Shown piece after piece: positions 1-5,137 of a DNA stretch of 5,881 nucleotides. The number at the start of each line of letters is the position of its first letter. The first letter of the stretch is position 1. Both the position numbers and the translations under genes were made by a program. The notes below the pieces were generated by a model. The model searched no databases. It was not told where the DNA came from and saw nothing but the letters and a program-made list of their open reading frames with translations. The stretch comes from a bacterium (lineage in GTDB: Bacteria; Sysuimicrobiota; Sysuimicrobiia; Sysuimicrobiales; Humicultoraceae), in NCBI GenBank assembly GCA_041497675.1, contig JBGQGY010000174.1, positions 1 to 5,881 of the forward strand, read 5' to 3'.

Positions 1-793
1 CGTAGCCCGGGCCGACGTGAGCGTCGGTGATGTCGATGCTGCGTGCGTCCACAACGTCCGCCGGCACGCCGAGGATCCCGGCCGCGTCGCGGACCTGCGC
101 CGCCACGAGCCCCTGCAGGATCTGCGCCGGGGTATTGACGGACACGCCGAGGACGTGGGTCTCTACACCCGCCAGCCTGAGGCCGAGCAAGAGACCCGCC
201 TGTGTCGTACCGGAGCCGACAGCCAGGACAACGTGATCGGCCGGGGTCTGCCGTGCGCGCAGCTGCTCCTGCAGTTCGAAGGCCGCCGGGACGTAGCCGA
301 CGGAGGCCAGGCCGCTCGAGAATGTGGCTAGGTGGACGACGTACGGTCGACCACCCTGGCGGCGGACTCGGTCGGCGATCTCGTGCATCAGTCCAACAGT
401 TGCCGGTGCGTACGGATCATCGGTCTGCACGAAGTGCAGCTCAGCGTCGAAGATCCGCATGAGCAACAGGTTCCCTTGCGGCACCACATCGGGTCGCCCG
501 CGCACCACCAGCACCGGCTTCATCCCCACGCGCCGCGCGGCCGCGGAGGTCAGACGCAAGAAGTTGGATTGTGCGCCGGCGGTGGTAATGATTGTATCGG
601 CGCCTTGTGCGGCCGCGTCACCCAGCAGGAACTCCAGCTTGCGGACCTTGTTGCCGCCCAGCGCCAGGTCGGTCAAATCGTCGCGCTTCACCAGCAGCCG
701 CGCCACGCCCGCGGCCGCGGCCAGCCGCGGTGCGTCCTCGAGCGGGGTCGGGAGGCGCGCGAGCGAGACCCTCGGCAGACGGTCGAGGTTCAT
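1..793 (-). CDS. PLP-dependent enzyme, D-cysteine desulfhydrase / ACC deaminase family (fold type II); partial, 3' end runs off the left edge
   Basis: Hand-translated from ATG at 793 (overlaps the upstream TGA as ATGA, 790-793); open to base 1. Reads MNLDRLPRVSLARLPTPLEDAPRLAAAAGVARLLVKRDDLTDLALGGNKVRKLEFLLGDA...AGAQSNFLRLTSAAA...GNLLLMRIFDAE...VVLAVGSGTTQAGLLLG...VGPGY. The PTPL, KRDD..GGNKxRKLE (PLP Lys49, nt 647-649) and GSGTTxAG phosphate-binding motifs are characteristic of the family. It is missing from the ORF track, presumably because the stop lies outside the window. Confidence 0.93.
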   Translation of the reverse strand, partial: MNLDRLPRVSLARLPTPLEDAPRLAAAAGVARLLVKRDDLTDLALGGNKVRKLEFLLGDAAAQGADTIITTAGAQSNFLRLTSAAARRVGMKPVLVVRGRPDVVPQGNLLLMRIFDAELHFVQTDDPYAPATVGLMHEIADRVRRQGGRPYVVHLATFSSGLASVGYVPAAFELQEQLRARQTPADHVVLAVGSGTTQAGLLLGLRLAGVETHVLGVSVNTPAQILQGLVAAQVRDAAGILGVPADVVDARSIDITDAHVGPGY

Positions 794-2127
794 CGCGAGA
801 CCGGCGTGGGGGCCCACGCCGCATCGGCCAGCAGCGCGTCCACGAGCCGGTCGGACGCCCTGCGCACGAACCCGACGATCTCCCCCGGCGTCCGCGGATC
901 GGCCTCGTCGCGCCTGGGGTTGAAGACGCCGCTGGCGTAGTACTCGAGAAACGGCGAGATGCTTTTGTACGGATAGACGATGTAGACTTTCTTCCCCGTC
1001 GTGTGCGCGTGGATCATCTCCGCCAGCACACCAAACGACATCTGGCTCGTCGGGTAGAACACCACGTTCATGTCCGACTGATCGATCAGGCGGAGATCGC
1101 GCACCACGGTCGCGCGGCCCAGTTGCAGGCGGGTGTGGTCGTCGAGGCGCCGGCCCCACGCCCGCACCTTATCCAGCGACCCGGCCCAGGACAAGATCTC
1201 GGTTTTTTGCTCGTCCGAGAACTGGCGCTCGAACTCTTCCTCGCTCATCTTGGCGATCGTCGCCGCTTCCTCGTCTTTGACCGAGAGGGGGTCAAACACG
1301 ACGAAGTGGCGGCGCAGACGCTGGCCGAACTCTCGCGCCATCTCGATCAACGGCGCGTTCCCCTCGCGGCGCAGGTTCGTAATAGGATAGCCTATGTAGA
1401 TCTTGGGCCTTTTAAAGCAGATGAGGTCGAGCAGCGTCTGGACCGGTTCGTCGTGCGCGACCAGGTAGTGCGGCACCCGCTCGTAGGCGGCAAACATCTT
1501 GGAGATGAACACTTCCTGCTCTTGCCAGGCGATGAGCTCGCTGGTCTCGATCCTCCCGCGCCACTGGTCGGTCTCTTCGAGGCGGCGCTGGATCGCATAC
1601 ACGCTGTCGACAACGGTCGCATAAAAGATGCCCTCGGGACGCACGGGGGGCGCCAGACGCAGACCCGGCAGGGTCTCCTGCACTGCGTCGTCCACGGGCG
1701 GCATGCGGCGCCGGGTCTCGTCAAAGAGCAGTTTGAGATAGTGCGTATCCAACCCGGGGATCAGGTGGCCTTTCCACCAGAAGCAGGCGTGGGTGACCAG
1801 GATCGTGCAGAGGTCGGGGTCCCACAGGGCCGGGTCGTTGACCACTTCGGTGAAGGCGATCGCGCGCAACTCTTGCAGCGCTTCGGGCGCCATGTCCAGG
1901 ATCGTCTCGGTGCGCACCACCAACCCCAGGTCGGCCGCGCGCTGCAGCATGAGGCTCCCCATGTCGAGATAGCGGAGGCGCTTGATCGGCGACGTCCACC
2001 GCCCCTCGCGCTGTTCTTGAGCGATGCGACGGTTGCCCTCTTCGATCAGCCGAACGATGTAGCCCGGCCCGCCACCCGCCTCGCTCAGTTTGCCGCCCCC
2101 GGAGATACCGGTTGCAATCACGATCAT
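790..2127 (-). CDS. Two-domain protein: N-terminal AdkA-like P-loop NMP kinase domain (aa ~1-238) fused to a C-terminal nucleoside 2-deoxyribosyltransferase / NMP N-glycosidase-like domain (aa ~241-430)
   Basis: 445-aa ORF with a strong SD (GAGGTGA). N-terminus has VIATGISGGGK (Walker A-like), LDMGSLMLQRA, ILVTHAC..KGHLIPGLD, AIQRR and LIAWQEQE, paralleling archaeal adenylate kinase motifs (xNFGxxM, IxDTH, GYLPGLP, IxxRR, IxxHQ). C-terminus has KIYIGYPIT, VFDP, RDLRLIDQSD, SFGVLAEMIHAxxxGKKVY and SPF, matching the NDT/DNPH1 pattern Y...D..I..aD...SxGxxxE..A...gK.V. That the CDS is real is high confidence; its function is inferred. Confidence 0.8.
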   Translation of the reverse strand: MIVIATGISGGGKLSEAGGGPGYIVRLIEEGNRRIAQEQREGRWTSPIKRLRYLDMGSLMLQRAADLGLVVRTETILDMAPEALQELRAIAFTEVVNDPALWDPDLCTILVTHACFWWKGHLIPGLDTHYLKLLFDETRRRMPPVDDAVQETLPGLRLAPPVRPEGIFYATVVDSVYAIQRRLEETDQWRGRIETSELIAWQEQEVFISKMFAAYERVPHYLVAHDEPVQTLLDLICFKRPKIYIGYPITNLRREGNAPLIEMAREFGQRLRRHFVVFDPLSVKDEEAATIAKMSEEEFERQFSDEQKTEILSWAGSLDKVRAWGRRLDDHTRLQLGRATVVRDLRLIDQSDMNVVFYPTSQMSFGVLAEMIHAHTTGKKVYIVYPYKSISPFLEYYASGVFNPRRDEADPRTPGEIVGFVRRASDRLVDALLADAAWAPTPVSR

Positions 2128-2131
2128 GGTG

Positions 2132-2138
2132 TCACCTC
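2132..2138 (-). promoter_or_regulatory. Shine-Dalgarno site of the kinase/N-glycosidase gene
   Basis: Minus strand reads GAGGTGA-CACC-ATG; GAGGTGA is complementary to the 16S rRNA 3' end. Confidence 0.8.
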
Positions 2139-2147
2139 ATCCAAAAT

Positions 2148-2156
2148 ATCATAGCA
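2148..2156 (-). promoter_or_regulatory. Putative sigma70-type extended -10 promoter (TGCTATGAT) for the leftward unit
   Basis: Minus strand reads TG-C-TATGAT (TGn plus 5/6 match to TATAAT) in the only AT-rich patch of the intergenic region. There is no recognisable -35, consistent with an extended -10. The predicted start near 2140-2141 lies just ahead of the SD. Confidence 0.6.
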
Positions 2157-2218
2157 GACGCCACATCCTCCCGCGGGGCTCGCGGTGCGTGGGGGAACTG
2201 ACCCTCGTGCGGTGAAGG

Positions 2219-2243
2219 TAGGATACAAGTCGGAACGGAGGGG
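2219..2243 (+). promoter_or_regulatory. Possible -10 (TAGGAT, 2219-2224) and Shine-Dalgarno (GGAGGGG, 2237-2243) for the cupin-GT2 cassette
   Basis: GGAGGGG lies 5 nt before ATG 2249 and is a clear SD. TAGGAT is a 4/6 -10 match that keeps the conserved TA...T. The only -35 candidate (CTGACC, 2198-2203) has a poor 15-nt spacer, so the promoter part is weak. Confidence 0.5.
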
Positions 2244-2248
2244 AAACC

Positions 2249-2770
2249 ATGGCGACACCCGTTCAGGATAAGCAGACCGTAACCCCGGCGGGAGAAAGCA
2301 TTCAGCAGGTGCCCGCAGGAGTCACGTTCCACGACGTGATAACGCAAGTAGATGAACGCGGCATGGTCTGCGAGCTTTTCGATCCACGGTGGGGGTGGCA
2401 TAAAGATCCACTCGTTTTCGCCTACAGCTTTACCGTCCGACCTGGAATGATCAAAGGCTGGGGGATGCACAAGAAGCACGACGACCGCTACTTTATCCTT
2501 TTGGGGGAGATCGAGGTAGTCTTGTACGACGATCGGCCAGACTCGCCGGCTCGCGGGTTGATATCAACGGTCGTGCTTTCAGAATACCGGCGACGGCTGA
2601 TGAACATACCGGCAGGTGTGTGGCACGCGGATCGAAACATCGGGAGCAGGGATGCGGTACTGATCAATTTCCCGACCATTCCGTATGACCACGCCAATCC
2701 CGACAAGTATCGGCTGCCCTTGAATACTGACAAGATTCCGCACACGTTTGAGAATGCGCGCGGTGGGTAA
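2249..2770 (+). CDS. RmlC-like cupin (dTDP-4-dehydrorhamnose 3,5-epimerase family protein), non-canonical active site
   Basis: 173 aa with a good SD. Motifs DERGxxxE, PGMIKGW.MH, GEIEVVLYDDRPDSP and IPAGVWHA follow the RmlC-family pattern (DxRGxFxE, GvlRGlH, GxxxDVxVDxRxxSPT, IPxGxAHG). Confidence 0.85.
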   Translation: MATPVQDKQTVTPAGESIQQVPAGVTFHDVITQVDERGMVCELFDPRWGWHKDPLVFAYSFTVRPGMIKGWGMHKKHDDRYFILLGEIEVVLYDDRPDSPARGLISTVVLSEYRRRLMNIPAGVWHADRNIGSRDAVLINFPTIPYDHANPDKYRLPLNTDKIPHTFENARGG

Positions 2771-3728
2771 CCCACCCGAATTCAGTATTGTCCTCCCTAC
2801 GCACAACCGGGCCGATGTTCTGGTGTTTGCCATCCGATCCGTGCTGTGGCAGACCGTTCAGGACTTCGAGCTGCTCATTGTGGGGGATGGGTGTACAGAT
2901 CATACAGCTGATGTCGTCAACAGCTTTGCCGACCAGCGGATTCGGTGGTTCGATCTGCCCAAGGCGCCGCACTTTGGTTACGCGAATCGCAACGTCGCGC
3001 TTCGCGCGGCTCGGGGCGTGTGTATTGCGTATATGGCGCACGATGACCTGTGGGTGCCGGACCACCTGGAGTTGTTATCCTCTTGTCTCGACGAACATGA
3101 CACTGAGCTTGCCTACAGCCGTCCTTTGTGGGTGGAGCCCGACGGCGCGATCATGCCCGGGACCTTTAACCTAAACCACGCGGAAACGCTGGGGTTGTTT
3201 TTGGCCAGAAAGAGCAACCGCATTCCCTCCGGATGTGTTTTGCACCGCACGGAATGCTTTGCCAAATGCGGTTATTGGAATGAGACGTTATCTTCCGGTG
3301 GGGACTGGGACATGTGGGCCAGAATCATTGAGAGCGGAAAACAACGCGGCGTGGCTTATCTGGCCATACCCACCAACCTTCACTTTCGAGCCATCTGGCG
3401 CAGAGACGCCGACGTGTGGCCGCCCGAGTTGAGGGTGTGGAAGGCGCTGCATGCCGCAGAGCGCTTGATGCCTTCCGCGCTGAGGATTCCTGTCGCGACG
3501 GGTTTGACGGAGCAAGAAGCCGCCTGGAGGGTCATGTCCCTTGACGGGCAAAAATGGACGAGGGAGTTACGGGTCGCTGTTGACCAGGTCCTGGATTGGC
3601 GCGTTTGTCAAAGTGACGAATTGATGCACGAGCTACTTAAGCGACAATTTGGCCACAGTCCCTTCAGGCGGAAGCTGGTCCGGTGGCTCCGGGACACCAA
3701 ATGCCGTGTAGAGAGGGCTATGCCATAG
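2763..3728 (+). CDS. Glycosyltransferase family 2 (GT-A fold)
   Basis: Motifs FSIVLPTHNR, QTVQDFELLIVGDGCTD, RNVALRAARG..IAYMAHDDLW.PDHLE and GYWNE...GDWDMWARI are typical of GT2. The start is uncertain (TTG 2748, ATG 2754 or GTG 2763); all options overlap the cupin stop at 2768-2770. The C-terminal tail is basic (RRKLVRWLRDTKCR). Confidence 0.9.
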   Translation: MGNPPEFSIVLPTHNRADVLVFAIRSVLWQTVQDFELLIVGDGCTDHTADVVNSFADQRIRWFDLPKAPHFGYANRNVALRAARGVCIAYMAHDDLWVPDHLELLSSCLDEHDTELAYSRPLWVEPDGAIMPGTFNLNHAETLGLFLARKSNRIPSGCVLHRTECFAKCGYWNETLSSGGDWDMWARIIESGKQRGVAYLAIPTNLHFRAIWRRDADVWPPELRVWKALHAAERLMPSALRIPVATGLTEQEAAWRVMSLDGQKWTRELRVAVDQVLDWRVCQSDELMHELLKRQFGHSPFRRKLVRWLRDTKCRVERAMP

Positions 3729-3737
3729 ACGTCGGGA

Positions 3738-4493
3738 CTATCGAAACAGGTCCTCATCCTCAGGACGGACCAGATCCGCCGCCGGGCCCACCCCGGCGTA
3801 GTCTAGCCCGCGGATCAGCACCAACGGGGTCCCCTCTGCGGCCTGTCCCTGAAGGAGATTCGCCAGCGCCGCGCACTCGTCGGCGACAGCCTCGATCGAG
3901 ACACGCAGCACGTACCCGTACCGGTCCTCCTCGCCGATATACGATCGCAGCACGCGCAGCCCCGAGGCGCCGATCGCCACGCCCGTCGTGCCCTGCCGGA
4001 ATGGGCGGCCGTGGCTGTCGTTGACGATCACCGCCAGATCCACGCCAAACGTCTGACGCAGCCCCGCCCGGAGGCGATCGGCCGACGCATCGGGATCCCG
4101 GGGCAGCAGCGCGACGACGTCATCGCCAAGCCCGACGTTCGAGTGATCAACGCCGGCGTTGGCGCAGACGAATCCCAGCCGGTGCTCCGCGATGATGAGC
4201 CCCGGGCGCACCCGGCGGATCGCCTTCGACTCGCGCAGGATCACTTCGACCATCCGCGGATCCTTGTGCGCCTCCTCGGACAGGCGCACGGCCTCGGGTC
4301 CCGGCGTGATGGTGCGCAGATCCACCACGTGACCTTCAGCCTTGGAGACCACTTTGTGCGCGACAATGACCACGTCGCCTTCCTGCGGCACCAGCCCGGC
4401 GTCCCGCAGCGCAGCGCCGATCGCGCCGACCAGATCGTCGCCGGGTCTGATCTCCGGAAACGGCTCGGGAGCCCAGGCCGAGACGGTCTTCAT
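3738..4493 (-). CDS. cofE: Coenzyme F420-0:L-glutamate ligase (stand-alone CofE, 251 aa)
   Basis: The true start is ATG 4493 (MKTVSAW...), overlapping the npdG stop as ATGA (4490-4493); the 568-aa track ORF is over-extended. Motifs PEIRPGDDL, GDVVIVAHKVVSKAEG, GFVCANAGVDHSN, LLPRDPDASA, DSHGRPFRQG..GVAIG, ADE.A..ANL..GQ..EGTP.VLIRG and terminal EDLFR are hallmarks of CofE/FbiB-N. Confidence 0.96.
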   Translation of the reverse strand: MKTVSAWAPEPFPEIRPGDDLVGAIGAALRDAGLVPQEGDVVIVAHKVVSKAEGHVVDLRTITPGPEAVRLSEEAHKDPRMVEVILRESKAIRRVRPGLIIAEHRLGFVCANAGVDHSNVGLGDDVVALLPRDPDASADRLRAGLRQTFGVDLAVIVNDSHGRPFRQGTTGVAIGASGLRVLRSYIGEEDRYGYVLRVSIEAVADECAALANLLQGQAAEGTPLVLIRGLDYAGVGPAADLVRPEDEDLFR

Positions 4494-5137
4494 CGAGGCC
4501 GAGCGTCGGCGGGCAGGTGCGCAACGCGGATGCCCAGGTCGCGCCGCCGATACCGGATGTTCAGTCCGATAATCAGCACCGCCAGCCTCTCGATCGCCGC
4601 CGCGGCGTCCAGCCCGCCCGCATCGACACCACGGGCGCCGATCGCGTTCGACAGTTCGACCACCTGCGCGCGCGCCGCCGCGTCGTTCCCGCAGACCAAC
4701 ACGTCTTGATCGAGCAGTCGGGATGGATCGGCCAGCAGGCGCGCCGAGAGCGTGTGAAACGCGGCCACGACCCGGGCGTCGGGCGCCAGCGCTTGTGTTT
4801 CGGCCGCGGCCGATCCATCGGGCGGCGGGACGAATGCGCGCCCCTCTCCCATCGACACGGTGGCGTCCACGACGATGCGACCGGAGAGTTCCCCAGCCAC
4901 GGCCTTCACGAACTCTCCGTGCCCTTCGAGGGGCACGGCCAGGATCACAAGATCGGCGCGCCGGCACGCATCGCTGTTCCCCGCACCGGTCGCGTTGTGC
5001 AACTGCAACCGCTCGGCCGCCGCCTGCGCGCGGGCCGGGTCCCTCGATCCGATGATCACGTCGTACCCAGAGGCGCAGAGGCGGATGGCCAGTCCGTATC
5101 CCAGATTGCCGGTGCCGCCGAGGATCGCGATACGCAT
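4490..5137 (-). CDS. npdG: NADPH-dependent F420 reductase (F420H2:NADP+ oxidoreductase, Fno)
   Basis: 215 aa. Rossmann motif MRIAILGGTGNLGYGLAIRL, NADP-specific IIGSRDPARA, VILAVP, GSAA, VVAAFHTLSA, DVLVCGND and GVDAGGL..A..IE...LIIGLN match NpdG. It is adjacent to cofE. Confidence 0.93.
   Translation of the reverse strand: MRIAILGGTGNLGYGLAIRLCASGYDVIIGSRDPARAQAAAERLQLHNATGAGNSDACRRADLVILAVPLEGHGEFVKAVAGELSGRIVVDATVSMGEGRAFVPPPDGSAAAETQALAPDARVVAAFHTLSARLLADPSRLLDQDVLVCGNDAAARAQVVELSNAIGARGVDAGGLDAAAAIERLAVLIIGLNIRYRRRDLGIRVAHLPADARPR

Noticed and set aside
17..940. Plus-strand ORFs 17-331, 27-236, 202-462, 324-923, 332-940 and minus-strand ORF 618-824
   Set aside because: All overlap the well-supported PLP-enzyme gene and show no protein-family motifs.
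592..2154. 520-aa plus-strand ORF
   Set aside because: Antisense shadow of the 445-aa gene and PLP gene. It has no recognisable motifs, and long stop-free antisense frames are common in high-GC coding DNA.
1..2770. Gene symbols dcyD/acdS, adkA and rmlC
   Set aside because: Family membership is supported, but key active-site residues deviate, so orthology and function cannot be asserted.
2132..3551. Minus-strand ORFs 2132-2479, 2488-2775, 2579-2833, 2664-3065, 3288-3551 and off-frame plus ORFs 2788-3174, 3235-3432
   Set aside because: Shadows of the cupin and GT2 genes with no supporting motifs.
2150..3738. Possible target-site duplication around the cassette (catagcagacg at 2150-2160 vs catagacg at 3724-3731)
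   Set aside because: Too short and imperfect to distinguish from chance. The left copy is part of the predicted promoter and the right copy contains the GT2 stop codon, and no integrase or transposase is present.
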